NCBI GenBank assembly: GCA_964016885.1
Contig: OZ024740.1
Location: 210,738,001-210,802,000 of the forward strand
Source of the DNA: Eledone cirrhosa
Lineage: Eukaryota
DNA length: 64,000 bases
Direction: 5' to 3'
Every line of letters starts with the position of its first letter. The first letter of the stretch is position 1. A program made the position numbers and the translations under genes. The notes beneath the pieces are model-generated. The model made no database searches, was not told the DNA's origin, and was given only the letters and a program-made list of their open reading frames with translations. Below are positions 14,547 to 29,066 of this stretch, piece by piece.

Positions 14547-14639
14547 TTATATATATATATATAACGAAAGAAATGTGGTAAGGAACCAGGTGGACCATAA
14601 CGCACCAAAGTACTCAATACTTAGGGTAGTAGAGTGGGT

Positions 14640-14949
<310 letters not shown>

Positions 14950-15005
14950 TATTAATGTATAAAGGAACAAAGAATCAGTGTTGCATCATATACATAATTA
15001 ATTAA

Positions 15006-15093
15006 ATATTACATAGGTTTCACTGTCGATCAGCTCGAGGAACTATCTATTAATGATCGAACCTGACTCAGGAATTAGAAGCTCCTCAGATAT
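15006..15093 (-). ncRNA. Type I hammerhead ribozyme motif
   Basis: atat-CTGAGGA-gc...gt-GAAAC-ctat-GTA-atat. Confidence 0.55.
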
Positions 15094-15328
15094 GTTTTGA
15101 TATGCAGTTTCGGTCAGTTTCCGAGCTCGCAATATAATATTACCACATAACTATTTCATATCAACTGCTTCGGCTCTTTTTAATATCATATCATAACACA
15201 TTCCTCCAAGAGATTCCAGATAAACCCCGGACACACGGGTCTCATATGTCCACCCACCACAATACTTTACTTTGATGACCAAAGTATGACTGAGGTGTGT
15301 GTGGGGTGGGGGTGTACGTTTATATACA

Positions 15329-15474
15329 TAATTGTTTCTACTTTTGGCACAAGGCCAGCAATTACCCAGTGCATTACTGGTACTTTATTTTATCGACCCT
15401 GTAAGGATGAAAGGCAAAACTAACCTCGGCGGAATTTGAGCTCAGAACGTAAAGGGCCATGATTCTATGCTGCA
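15329..15474 (-). mobile_element. SINE copy lacking its 5' head
   Basis: Matches the SINE consensus. Confidence 0.85.
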
Positions 15475-15682
15475 ATAATAATAATAATAATAGTGAGTAT
15501 AACCGAAGTTGCAGTTGAGAGTAGCAGTTTCGGAATCGAGAGAGAAAACACCTAATATATTATGTCAGATAATAGGGGATAAAATTCTACCCTGGTAAAG
15601 CATATAAATATTAACAAAATAATCAAAGTGTACATACCTCCACTATAACGATATACACCTGGACATAAGTTATACCCTATAT

Positions 15683-15873
15683 AATTGTTTCTACTTTTGG
15701 CACAAGGCCAGCAAATTACCCAGTACATTACTGGTACTTTATTTTATCGACCCCGTAAGGATGAAAGGCAAAGTTAACCTCGGCGGGATTTGAACTCAGA
15801 ATGGCAAGGGCCGTAACTCCATGCATCAAAGCATGGCGTCCGAAGCTCTACCGATACTGCCAATCCACCGCCC
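15683..15873 (-). mobile_element. Full-length tRNA-derived SINE
   Basis: A box tggcagtatcgg and B box gagttcaaatcc on the minus strand; 15-bp TSD tataccctatataat (15671-15685 / 15877-15891). Confidence 0.9.
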
Positions 15874-15962
15874 TTATATACCCTATATAATGATTTATAT
15901 TGGCATAGGGGATTTATGTGAGTTTCTATCTCTATATTATAATTTTATATATATATATATAT

Positions 15963-16460
15963 ATGTAAGTCCAAAGAACCATTAGTCCAGTCTGAGGTAT
16001 CTCCTGAAGAGTTCCAGGCCTCTTGGATGTATCCAAGACCGGGTATATCCAAAAAATGGAAACTATTTTGGTAAAATTTATGTGTATTTTTTCTTCAAAC
16101 TTCTATTTTGTTCCTAATTCCGTGTAGTTAACTATTTGTCTAGTCAATTTCTACAGGCTAAAAGAAATAATTAGATAGGTGTCATATGGATGTACATCGC
16201 GGAAAAGAATCTGTATCATTTGTCTATTATTTCTTCATAAGTACATTTTAAACTTATAGCCTCGTTTAAATGATTTTTTATATGGTTAATTTATACTGAT
16301 TGGGAGAGGAAATATTGTATATATTTTATCTAATGGTTCTTTGGACTTACATTTTTATATATAGCTCTGATTAATAATTATTTGCTTAATTAATTCTTCA
16401 TTGCGCTACACCGTGAAAGGTTGCCAAACTCATATATGTATCTGTGACTATGTCTAATTA
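15963..16460 (+). mobile_element. Penelope-type pLTR fragment with a 23-bp 5' inverted remnant
   Basis: atgtaagtccaaagaaccattag is inverted at 16330-16352. A related inverted copy lies at ~22381-22775; degenerate CTGAAGA..GAAAC. Confidence 0.55.
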
Positions 16461-16780
16461 TATATATATACCATTTGAATTTATATATATATATATATAT
16501 ATATTGTTATACTTTGGGAAGTTCATGTTGCCAATAAAAACAATTTCTCTAAGTATAGTTTTTTAAAAGAATCCCCTTTCTTTAAATCCATCAGCCAATA
16601 ACCTCCACCCATCCCAATCACCACCATCCCCTACAACCAGAAAATGTATAAATACCACCATAAGACATTGACAGTCGGCTTTCGTGATGATTTCCTTCGA
16701 ATGAAACAGTTCTAGTCCTGTAGAAGCCATTTGTATATTAAATATTTATACTCTACTGTGGTTATCCCCGATTGAACCCA

Positions 16781-16844
<64 letters not shown>

Positions 16845-16895
16845 ACACACACACACGCACACGCACACACGCACACACGCACACACGCACACACG

Positions 16896-16942
<47 letters not shown>

Positions 16943-17206
16943 ACATACATACCTAGCTTCAGAGTTTAAAGAGCTCATAAACATAATTGGTATTCTATAA
17001 GAATTCAGCTTCTACAGCTCACAGCAAAAACGGAGTTGGATCTATAACCTTGATAAGCGCTAAACAGCAAGAAACGATCGTCGGTTATTTCCCTTTGTTT
17101 TTGCTGGAGCTAGGTATGTGACTATAGTCACTACCTTAAATTCATAGCGAAATGTTTTCAAAATGTTTTTAAATAAACATACAATATATTATTAAACATA
17201 CAACGC

Positions 17207-17294
<88 letters not shown>

Positions 17295-17300
<6 letters not shown>

Positions 17301-20002
17301 TTAAGTTCTCAATAATGTAGTGATAATATATCGTCACATTAGAGATGAACAGCGTACGTGTAGGTTTGCTCAACGAGTATAAATTATATTCCGGAGAAAA
17401 TGTAGAAAAGATGAATATAAAATGAAAGTGCTTTTTTAAAAGGAATTTATTAGGTATTGACATATATTTCTGTAACAGACGGAATACCTATGTATCGCTG
17501 CTTGCGCAATCATATAATATTAGCACGTAATCGATAGCAAATGTATAATCAGTTGTCACTTCTTCAGTGATATTAGATAAATTGGAAAAAATTAGAAAAA
17601 TCAAAGTATTTATATTAGTCGTAAGAAAGGAAGAGGAGAGGGGAAAGTATATGACAGATGGCAATTGAATTTGCTGGTAAACAAGTGTATAGAAGGTTTT
17701 TAATGAGAATGCAATGTGTATATGGCTTATTTTATCTAAATAAGAATTTTTGGGAGTGTCGATTTTAATTTATATTTGACCAGTTGAACAATGGACATGG
17801 CTGGTGGCTTGGTGTGGTAGTATTAATACAGATATAACGTGTCAAGTAAGGAAGAGAGATTTTCACTGCTACTGTATAACAACAATGCTGGTAGCCCGTT
17901 GGTATATGCTTATTGTTAGATGTATATTGTTAGATTTGATGATAGCTACTGGGTTCGCAGAGATAGACCTTCAAATTTTGATATAACTATGGGTTCCAAT
18001 GATTCGGCGGAAGTAACTGATCTTGTGGGAATTTATATCGCCCACAGACTACAAGGAAAATTTAAGGATCTCAACGGTGGACTCTACCGTGATGATGCGC
18101 TCCTATTAGTTAAGCATAGAATAACCAGAATTTAGAAAGGATGAGTAAAAATATTAGGAAGCTTTTTAAGGAACTAGGATTAAGTATTACGTTTGAATAT
18201 AACCTCAAAGAGGTTAATTTCCTCGATGTTACTTTGAATCTCAATACAGAAAGGATTAAACCGTTCCATAAACTAAATGAGAACCTTAAATATGTAAATA
18301 AAGGTTCTAACCATCCACCCTCTATAATTAAATCCATCCCTAGAACTATTGCCCTTAGAATCTCCCGCCTGTCGTCCAACCAGCAAACCTTCAAAGAACA
18401 TGCCGAATATTATGATGATGCACTTAGGAAGGCTGGACACCTAGATAATATAGAGTATATAGTCGACGATCACCAAAACACCCAAAATAAATCTCATAGA
18501 GGTAGAAATAGCATAGAATCACCACCATACATACACTACCGCAATAGACACACTAATAGTCGCACACCACCAAACAGAAGGCGATGTAAAGAATATATAT
18601 GGTACAACCCGGTCTATAACAACTCTATTAAAACCAATCTACCCTCACAATTCTTTCGATTAGTTAAAAAATATTTTCCAGCATCACATAAATATAATAA
18701 AATCTTAAACCCTAACACTATTCGACTTTCATATTCAACCGCCCCTAATATAGAACAACATATAAAAAAGTTTAACGCAAAACGGTTGTATAAATGCCTT
18801 CCAGCACATAACAATACATAAAACACCGGCTATAACATCACAAAACAACAAACAACATCCCGACCTGCCTAAGCAACCTCATCAACCCATCCATGGTATT
18901 ACAACTGCGCATAATTATAACTGTAAGTGTGTCCAACCAGGAATGTGTCCGTTGAATAATCAGTGTCTTGAACGCAACATCATATACAAATGTACTATCG
19001 AATCGGGTAGCCAGAAGTGGTTCTATGTGGGGTCTACTGCTGCCTCCTTCAAATCTCGCCTTTATAGACATCGCTACTCGATAAAACATGAAGACCAGCG
19101 TTATGTAGCAACACTCGCAGACAAGGCTTGGCAGCTGCGCGAAAATAACCAACAATTTTACCTAAAATGGGATAAAATAGCAGCCGCCCCTGCATATCCC
19201 AAGGACAGAAATTTTGTAGATTGTGTAATATGGAAATGTTTTGTATTATGAAATCCAAAAATATCTTATTAAATAACAGAATAGAGCGATCGTTATACTG
19301 TAAAACCATCGCTTGAAATCTACATTTTCATATTACAAACGCTACCAGGATTGAACGCCTGGCTCCATCCCCGTTTGATTGTCAAAATGCATATTAACAT
19401 TATCTCTATTAGTTTTAATTCTATCAACACTTCTATTCTTTATCATTTAATATAAAATGCTATAGATAAAATAAGATTTCTCAATTCAATTCCCTAAAGC
19501 ATATACCAACGGGCTACCAGCATTGTTGTTATACAGTAGCAGTGAAAATCTCTCTTCTTTACTTGACACGTTATATCTGTATTAATACTACCACACCAAG
19601 CCACCAGCCATGTCCATTGTTCAACTGGTCAAATATAAATTAAAATCGGCACTCCCAAAAATTCTTATTTAGATAAAATAAGCCATATACACATTGTATT
19701 CTCATTAAAAACCTTTTATACACTTGTTTACCAGCAAATTGAATTGCCATCTGTCATATACTTTCCCCTCCCCTCTTCCTTTCTTACGACTAATATAAAT
19801 ACTTTGATTTTTCTGATTTTTTCCAATTTATCCAATATCTCTGCAGAAGTGACAACTGGTTATACATTTGCTATCGATTACGTGCTAATATTATATGCTT
19901 ACGCAAGCAGCGATACATAGGTATTCCGTCTGTTACAGAAACATATGTCAATACCTAATAAATTCCTTTTAAAAAAGCACTTTCATTTTATATTCATCTT
20001 TT
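17295..20002 (+). mobile_element. Penelope-like retroelement (Naiad-type), 5'-truncated, with inverted ~506-bp pLTRs (17406-17911 / 19497-20002)
   Basis: Long high-identity inverted repeats enclose RT + GIY-YIG; flanked by (TA)n. Confidence 0.92.
17920..19333 (+). pseudogene. Penelope-like RT (C-terminal half) + GIY-YIG endonuclease, frameshifted
   Basis: FDITMGSNDSAEVTDLVG, GLYRDD, VNFLDVTL, YVNKGSNHPPSIIKSIP, IWYNP, CKCVQPGMCPLNNQC, IIYKC...FYVGST, CRLC...LLN...CKNH; frameshifts near 18130, 18820-18900 and 19205. Confidence 0.92.
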
Positions 20003-20042
20003 ATATATATATATGCCAATTCACCGCCAAATAATAATAATA

Positions 20043-20154
<112 letters not shown>

Positions 20155-20351
20155 TGGCGGTGAATTGGCAGTATGGGTAGAGGGTCGGACGCCATGCTTT
20201 CTAGCATAGTTACGTCCCTTTACAGTCTGAGTTCAAATCCCGCCGAGGTTAACTTTGCCTTTCATCCTTACGGGGTCGATAAAATAAAGTACCAGTAATG
20301 TACTGGGTAATTGCTGGCCTTGTGCCTAAAGTAGAAACAATTATTATTATT
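20155..20351 (+). mobile_element. Full-length tRNA-derived SINE within (TTA)n
   Basis: ggcggtgaattggcagt...gagttcaaatccc...tagaaacaattattatt. Confidence 0.9.
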
Positions 20352-20513
20352 ATTTGAAAATGAGGGTTTTTTTCCAAAATGAAAAAAAACGAGATGTCTT
20401 ACACGAGTGAAAGTATAAGGAAAAAAAAGCATAAGAACTGCGAAACCGGTAAAGGAACCAAATAAATATTCTTAAAAAGACTCCAGTTACATTTTCGATT
20501 TCATCTTTTTACC

Positions 20514-20628
<115 letters not shown>

Positions 20629-21760
20629 CATAATAGGAGGCTGGACTGGTGTAATTCCTTAAAGGTTTATTATACTATGAACATTTCAATGACCGAGTTC
20701 ATATATATATATATATATTTGAAGGTACCTATTTACGTGCGTTGTATTGAAGCGAAAAAATATGTCTATTCTGGAATTTAACATTACCTATTGAGTACGC
20801 TGAGATTCAACCGGTACTAGCAGTGAAACCTATGCTAGTCCCGTCAACCTATTATATATATATATATATATATATATACATAGACCATGACCCTTCCAAA
20901 GTATAACAATATGTTTCAACACATGATTTCATATCAAGAATAATGTAAAACAAATACAAAAACGAAGTACACACTCACAAACAGACACACACACACACAC
21001 ACACACACAGAGACACACGCAAAGAGATACACGCACACACATACACACACATATATATATATATGTATATACACCTATCTAGCGTAATAATCAACAAGTT
21101 GTAAGAGATATCTTTCTCTCTATTTCACTCCTTCTCTCTCTCTTTCTCTCTTCCTCTCTCCCCCCTTCTCCCTCCCCCCCTCTCTGGATATATATATGTG
21201 TGTGTGTGTGTATGTGTGTGTGCCAAAACAAATATACATAAATTAATCTTATACTAAATGTTAGATCAAATCTTTCTCTCTATATACCCCGATAAATATG
21301 TATACTGGTGGTGGTGGTAGGGAATTGGTGGTGGTGGTGGTAGGGAAGGGGTGGTGGTAGGGACGTGGTGTGGTAGGGGAAGGGGTGGTGTCTAGATTAC
21401 TTCCTGATTAAATACCCTGCTACCCCTTGACTTCATGTATCACCCCTTAAAATTTCTACATTTCCCCGAACACGGCATGTAGATGCATGTGGAGAGGTAG
21501 GTGTAGTTGTGGGGGTAAATCATTTGAGGGTAGTAGTGGGAGATGAAAAAGGGTGTCAAAACAGGAAACCAAGAAAGAGCAATGGCGGATATTCATATAT
21601 ATATAATATAGATAGAGAGATAGAGAGAGATAGGGCGGACAAAGAGATAGATAGATAGAGCGAGGGAGGTTGAGAGAGGGAGTGAGAGAAAGAAGGGGAC
21701 AGGAACGTTAGTAGGGAAATGGGTACAATATCAGAAAAGGGACATACACTGGTGTTAGTA

Positions 21761-21970
21761 ATAGGATAAGAGGGGTGTTGTAGAATGGTGGTGGGTAGTT
21801 ATGGGATAAGAGGGGTGGGGTAGAATGGTGGTGGGTGGTTATGGGATAAGAGGGGTGGGGTAGAATGGTCGTGGGTGGTTATGGGATAAGAGGGGTGGGG
21901 TAGAATGGTGGTGGGTGGTTATGGGATAAGAGGGGTGGGGTAGAATGGTGGTGGATGGTTATGGGATAAG
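21761..21970. repeat. 40-bp G-rich minisatellite, ~5 copies
   Basis: atgggataagaggggtggggtagaatggtggtgggtggtt at 21801, 21841, 21881 and 21921. Confidence 0.95.
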
Positions 21971-22210
21971 TTTCAATAAATGTCAACATATGTAGATTAA
22001 ACAATAAATGTCTGTTGATTATTTCAACATACAATACATTGTATACACATCCGCACATATTTAAATGTGGCCATATACACATATTATCACAAATTCACAC
22101 TCATATATCCACATGTATAAATTTATATACACTCATCTATTCATCTATTCATGTATACATATATTATTACAGGAACACCCAAACAAAAAACATATTTACC
22201 AATCTTTATA

Positions 22211-22338
<128 letters not shown>

Positions 22339-22800
22339 ATATATATGTATAAAATTCAAAGGAATATATGTATATAATTAGACATAGTCACAGATACATA
22401 TATGAGTTTGGCTACCTTTCACGGTGTGGCTCAATGAGGAATCAATTAAGTAAATAATCATTAATCAGAGCTATATATAAAATTGCAAGTTTGAAGAACT
22501 ATTCGATAAAATATATACAGTATTTCCTCTCTGCCTAGTTCGTATAAATCAACCACATAAATAATCATTTAAACGAGGCTATAAGTTTAAAATGTAACTA
22601 TGAAGAAGTAATAGACAAATGATACAGACTATCTTCCTCGAGGGACAGCCAGACAAAATTTACCTGGTTATTTCTTTTAGCCCGTAGAAATTGACTAGAC
22701 AAATAATTAATTACACGGAGTTAGGTATAAAATAGAAGTTTGAAGAAAAAATGCATATAAACTTTACCAAAATTCCTCTAGCCTATATATATAGGTATAC

Positions 22801-22845
<45 letters not shown>

Positions 22846-22890
22846 TATATACATATATATATATACACATATATATACATATATATATAC

Positions 22891-22921
<31 letters not shown>

Positions 22922-22952
22922 CATATATATAGACATATATATATATATATAC

Positions 22953-23031
<79 letters not shown>

Positions 23032-23050
23032 TATAGACATATATATAGAC

Positions 23051-23123
<73 letters not shown>

Positions 23124-23146
23124 TATAGACATATATATATATATAC

Positions 23147-23202
<56 letters not shown>

Positions 23203-23597
23203 GCCCGGCCGCTTCCTCTTTGCACGGTCGCCGTCGAGACCCCAGGTGTACTTGGACCCTGTACTGCCGAGCTCCTCCGCAAAATCGTAACGTCGGTGGC
23301 CCGTCTGAAAAAGGAGCCCCGCGATGTGGTGTGGCTGTTACAGCGGGTGTCACTGGCCATGGTCCGCGGCAATGTTTTTGCAGTCTTGTCTGCAGAGCGC
23401 AGCCCCATTACCCGCGGGCCCTAGTACGTCAATACTCATCTCTTTCCATTTCTTAGAGGGTTCTAAACCCCAATATCAGGCTAAATTTTCTTTAGTAAAA
23501 AAATACAGCGAAATCTTCTATTTCTAATATCAAAAATATTTTTCTGTTTCTATTAAAAATGTTTTTTACTATCGTAAATATGAATTCACTACTGTTA

Positions 23598-23600
<3 letters not shown>
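23203..23600 (+). mobile_element. 3' fragment of a CRE-like RLE non-LTR retrotransposon
   Basis: GC-rich frame 23203-23424: [20 protein letters not shown]...[20 protein letters not shown], matching the CRE C-terminal pattern P.AVET.G..G...QR.S.A..RGN. AT-rich 3' UTR, then (TA)n. Confidence 0.7.
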
Positions 23601-23669
<69 letters not shown>

Positions 23670-23672
<3 letters not shown>

Positions 23673-25352
23673 CACAGAGGTATCCACAGTAAGTTGTGGT
23701 GTCTATTCTGCATGAAGAACTCGATGTAATCCATATGTGTTGAAAATGTTGTAGGTTAAGATAAATCCAGGAAAACAATAAAACATTAAAAGGAAAACTG
23801 AGTCATGATATAAGTTAAAACAATGAAATAAAAAATCAAGTCATTAGAGATATACTTCACTGCTTTACGATCGTTTCTAGGTGATGATAATACATTGTAG
23901 CTATACTCTGTTATTGATCACAGCTCACAGCTGCGGTTTGAATGAGCTTGCAGACAGCATAACTATAGTCTGACCGCAGCTGTGAGCAGGTGTGCAGGCA
24001 TGTCTGGTAATTGAGACGTTAACCGGCAATTGAGATCCTAAAAATGGAAAAACCCACAGTCAACTGGGTCAAAGACACTTTGAGCGCAGCCAGTTAGAAT
24101 CTTATCTTTCCTTCACCGATAACAATGTATTTCATGTCTGAAATTATTGACTCAACCGTAACGAGTTAACACTATGTAGATCTATTTTATTCTCTATTGT
24201 ATAAATAATATTACAAATAAAAAAAAAGAAAAGAAAAAAACAGAAGCGAGTAGAACACACATCTAGGACCACATACAACACATAATCAGATAATACACAC
24301 ATGTTTGGAATATTGTTAATCAATTTTTTAGTAATCTACTGATATAAAAATCAGTAGTATATTGAAAAAGTGAAAAAATAGGGTGGCAGCGGGGGGGGGG
24401 GGGGGGGTTTCGTGATTTCGAGGGACAAAAGCGTTTGGCCTAAATGGGTTGAGAACCTGTGATGTAGAGTATGAGAATTTAACAGTATATTTGCTAAATA
24501 TTTGGTGGTATCTGTGGTTTGGTGGAAAATGTTTATGTAGAATTTCAAAGAATTTTGGGGGATTTATTTTTGGTTGGATATCAATATAACTGTATCTCTC
24601 TATATATAGTGTGGATATATGCACTTTGTAATCTATGAAATGTATGTGTTTTAACTATGCCAACATGTATTTATCTGAGTTTGATTGTTTATACATAAAC
24701 ATACTTGATAGTATTTTAGAGCGTATCATATGCTGTATTATACTAAGTGCAATTTACCACACCATACTATATTGTGTTGGTTATGTTGTATATTATCGCA
24801 TTACTGTATTTCATTATCTTATTATAATTTTCATCTTTTAATATACTATCTTTCCTAGCCCATAACCTTAATTTATATTCACCTAAAAACTCAATATAAC
24901 ACTAATCACCATTTATTTTGACATTCCTTTTAAACTCCACTATACCAGATACATTCAACTATCAATTTGACAATCCCTTTCCTCCTAATAGATTTTTATG
25001 CCAATTCTATTATTAACACCATTCAACCATTCCTTTCAAAGGGTCATGACCTCAACTAAAGTTATTTCTTTTCATCTTAACACCATATGAAAAACAACAA
25101 TTTGATTGGTTAGTTCTTTAACTACCTCCAAATAAGGACATGATACTAACATACTACTAATTCTGAATAAAATTATTATTGCTTTTGGAAACAGCTGGTG
25201 ATATTCTCTTTATCTGATATTTTGTAACTAACCTTACATAGATCAATAACAGAGTATAGCTACAATGTATTATCATCACCTAGAAACGATCGTAAAGCAG
25301 TGAAGTATATCTCTAATGACTTGATTTTTTATTTCATTGTTTTAACTTATAT
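23670..25352. mobile_element. Rearranged Penelope-like element with 110-bp inverted repeats (23810-23919 / 25241-25351)
   Basis: Exact inverted match including gaaacgatcgta. Internal minus-strand remnant FFEILHKHFPPNHRYHQIFSKYTVKFSYST (24455-24570) is homologous to the linker of the 18-kb element. Confidence 0.75.
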
Positions 25353-25366
25353 ATACATATATATAT

Positions 25367-26020
25367 AATTATAATAAAATAACAGGAGGCTGGACTTGTG
25401 TTAATCCTTGAAAGGTTTATTATACTATGATCATCTCAATGACCGGGTTCCGTATGAATCCGGTGATATCATCAGGTATTCGAAATATAATAAATGAATG
25501 TAACATAAAACATATCAGGTATTCGAAATATAATAAATGAATGTAACAGATAAAATCCATGGGGCTGAAAATAATAGACCCGAGGACGACCGACCATCTA
25601 GCATCTTCCACTTTAGTCGGTCGCCCTCAGATAGCTTTAAGTAGACCGAATGGCCAGCATTTGAGGGCGACCGGCTAAAGTGGAAGATGCTAGATGGTCG
25701 GTCGTCCTCGGGTCTATGATTTTCAGCCCCATGGATTTTATCTGTTACATTCATTTATTATATTTCGAATACCTGATGATATCACCGGATTCATACGGAA
25801 CCCGGTCATTGAAATGATCATAGTATAATAAACCTTTCAAGGATTTACACAAGTCCAGCCTCCTGTTATTTTATTATAATAATTAACTCCGTACTCGCAC
25901 CACCAACTACACAAACGAAGACGGTTGAGCTGCTTTACGTTGAGTACTCTCCATATTATTACATCAAGATTGACCATACGGAATGACCAGCTCTATTCAG
26001 TGGTGAACCTTCAAACCTAA

Positions 26021-26026
<6 letters not shown>
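25367..26026 (+). mobile_element. Fold-back Penelope-derived element (arms 25367-25629 / 25661-25882, plus tail)
   Basis: ~220-bp inverted repeat with about 4 substitutions and a 43-bp insertion/duplication in the left arm; fragment copy at 20622-20700. Confidence 0.85.
25769..25826 (+). ncRNA. Type I hammerhead ribozyme motif
   Basis: atac-CTGATGA-tatcaccgg...ccggtcatt-GAAA-tgatca-TA-gtat; palindromic stem III. Confidence 0.75.
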
Positions 26027-26061
<35 letters not shown>

Positions 26062-26064
<3 letters not shown>

Positions 26065-27589
26065 ATTGAGAAAGGCGAGGCTGTGTGGTTACTGATAACG
26101 AGTGTTACAAGGTAAGGCGTCACAAATAAGAGATGAAAGTTTCCCTTCGTCAGCTATTTACTACGGGTTATGGATGTTTCGGCACGTTATAAACAGAACA
26201 TCGATCCATAGCGCACCCATAGTCTTTTATCTATCAAAAAGCCATGAGGGAAAGAAGTGATATATAGGCGACTATGACATAGGATGAAAAACGTATAATT
26301 GTTGGATTAAGATTGGATGTATGAGATGTTAAATGTAGTTTACAATGAAGACTTGATGATGTGTTACTGACTGTGGGATACGTTGAAAAAGTCATTAGCA
26401 AAATACTTCTTATATTTATGTTTTACCGAAAACTTGACCAAGAAATCGAAAGCTGCTGTTGTGTAAAATAGAGTTATTTACTTGCTAGACATCGGATTTG
26501 AGACAATATTCAAATCTTCAGATAATTTGTTTGAGATTCCGAGATTAGCAGAAGAAAAATCCTAACAAACTGAATAAAGCAAATATTGCAAACTATATTT
26601 GTGTGTAAATGAAGTGTATGTAAGATTCTTAATAAATACTGGCATTAAATGTGTTGTGAGAAATGCCAAAATGAAAGGCAGAGAGATAGGCTAACGATAT
26701 GAGCGAAGAATTTAGAGAGAGAGAGAGAGAGAGAGAGATTGTCATGGCACGCTGTCGTAATCAACTGACCTGCAGTGGCGTCACATTTTGTATATGAGTG
26801 TGTATGTGTATGTGAGTGTGTGTGAGTTGCGTTAGGCCTCAGAGAACACACATCTACACATACATATAGCCTTAGTAAGTTGCATACACATTATCTTCAC
26901 ACACAGACATCTACACATCTACACATACAGATACATATGTGATGACAGACAGGTGTGCGTGACTGTATGTCTATATGTGTCTGTCTTAGAATACGTATGT
27001 GAGTGTATGTGAGAGTGTATGTGTGTGTGAGTGTATATGAGAGTGTGTGTGAGTGTATGTGTGAGTGTATGTGTGTGTGAGTGTATGTGAGATAATTTTT
27101 ATTTTCATTTTTATTAAAACAATAGAAAACAACAGAACGACGTAACATTTTATATATGAATATGTATGTGTCTGTGAGTGTGTGTGTGTGCGTTTTTTAC
27201 GTACGTTATTAAATACACACACACATCTACACATACATATACATATGTAGCGACTGTCAAAAAATGAGTTGAAAGCTATGCGTGTGTCTGCGTGAATGTA
27301 TGTCTGTGTGTGTCTTAGTATATGTATCTAAGAGTGTATGTGTGTGATTGTATACCAACAATTTATTCATTTAGATACCAACAAAATATTACACAATGAA
27401 TATTTTTTGCCCTAGGGTGCTTCAAGATTGACAGATTTTCATTTCTAAATTCTGTTATCATTACAATTTTGATTTAAAAAAAAAAATATTGAAATAATAT
27501 GAGAAAAAATAACTTATCTTCATATTTATTGTTTACTAATTTGAATAAGAACAGCAGTAACCCGAGCAACGCCGGGTAATTCAGTTAGT
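26062..27589 (+). mobile_element. Possible non-autonomous Helitron-like element
   Basis: 3' end cccgagcaacgccggg hairpin (27561-27576) followed by cagTTAGt, a variant of CTAG; the 5' boundary is a guess at the TA junction. Confidence 0.45.
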
Positions 27590-27772
27590 AGGTATATATA
27601 TAGAACATGTGAAGTGTTGTCGTCCTAGAGGCCAGACATGCCTTCCTTGCAGGCGCCACTGTCCACTTTTCTCATTTGTTATCTATAGTATTTTATTAAT
27701 ATTATCACCATTGTAATTGAGGAACAACTGCATCTCAAATTTCAAATGTTCCCACTGACCCTCACCCCACCC

Positions 27773-27910
<138 letters not shown>

Positions 27911-28340
27911 AAATGAAAATCCGAAGGCAAGGTAAAATTTCCAATCATTTTAATCACAACACATGTTTCAATAAGACAGAGATCGATCGTGAAGCCATGA
28001 TCAATTATCACTGATCTCATCAGGTGAAAATGAATTGTCTTCAAATTCTTGATATGAGGGAGAAAATTAGCAATGTTCACTCACAGAGTTTATTCCCTCA
28101 TATGAAGATCAAGCAGTCAAAATGCGGCGACTGCTATCAGCTTCAGTTAAGGTCATAAAACTAGCAAATTTCTATATCCCGATAGCTGCAAAAGACGCTG
28201 GACATCAATCAAATCTGTAGAAATACAGTCGGTCACAGTCAATGTGAGTGGGTACACACACCCCCAACACCCACACGCATATATATAGTTAAAGAATGAA
28301 GAGTAACATGGTTTGCTGTACAATAAGGGATTTATTTAAA

Positions 28341-28443
28341 GTGCTGACAATTGTTTCATTGATCAGGTGAGTCGCTAATCGCTTGAGGTTGCGTCATTCG
28401 ATCTCCAATACATTATTTACCTCTGGTCAACACATCAGAGTAC
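28341..28443 (-). ncRNA. Degenerate hammerhead motif
   Basis: gtact-CTGATGT(A9 lost)-gttga...tcaat-GAAAC-aatt-GTC-agcac. Confidence 0.45.
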
Positions 28444-28444
28444 G

Positions 28445-28476
<32 letters not shown>

Positions 28477-29032
28477 TTTCGTATTTCGAAAGAAATACGA
28501 TTTTAGGAAGCGGTAGCTATGCGAACACCGGGGGGGGGGGGGTTTAAACGCCCTCTGGTGTTGTCCAGCAGAAGCAAGGGGGATAACCGTCTATGCATTT
28601 CAGGCTTGACTAGCCATCGTCAGGACGATCCCTCCCACTGCTCTGCGACTGCTGGACTTATATATATATATATTAGAAAATGAGGTTTTTTTTCCAAAAT
28701 GAAAAAAAAAAAATAGATGTCCTACACAAGTGAAAGAATAAGGAAAAAAGATGAAATCGAAAATGCAACTGGAGTCTTTTTAAGAATATTTTTTGGTTCC
28801 TTTACCGGTTTCGTAGTTCTTATGCTTTTCAAAAGTAGAATTGAGATGGAGGGTTTGTGGTTTTTCTCGCATCTGGTTCGAATGTTACTTCTGTTTTATG
28901 TGGGAAAAGGTGGCTCGTAATGGTAGGTTTTTAGAAAAGTAATTTGGTTGGTTGATGACTGTCACGTGAATAAGTATAATAAATTTCGCACCAGTTCGCG
29001 TTACAAAGTTCTAAAAAAAAAAAAGTAGAAAC

Positions 29033-29066
<34 letters not shown>

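Noticed and set aside
18915-19333. Selenocysteine recoding as reported for some Naiad elements
   Set aside because: All Cys positions in the CxCx5C and endonuclease motifs are TGT codons; breaks are frameshifts, not in-frame TGA.
20155-20245. tRNA gene
   Set aside because: A/B boxes belong to the SINE head; no complete cloverleaf, and it is followed by the SINE body.
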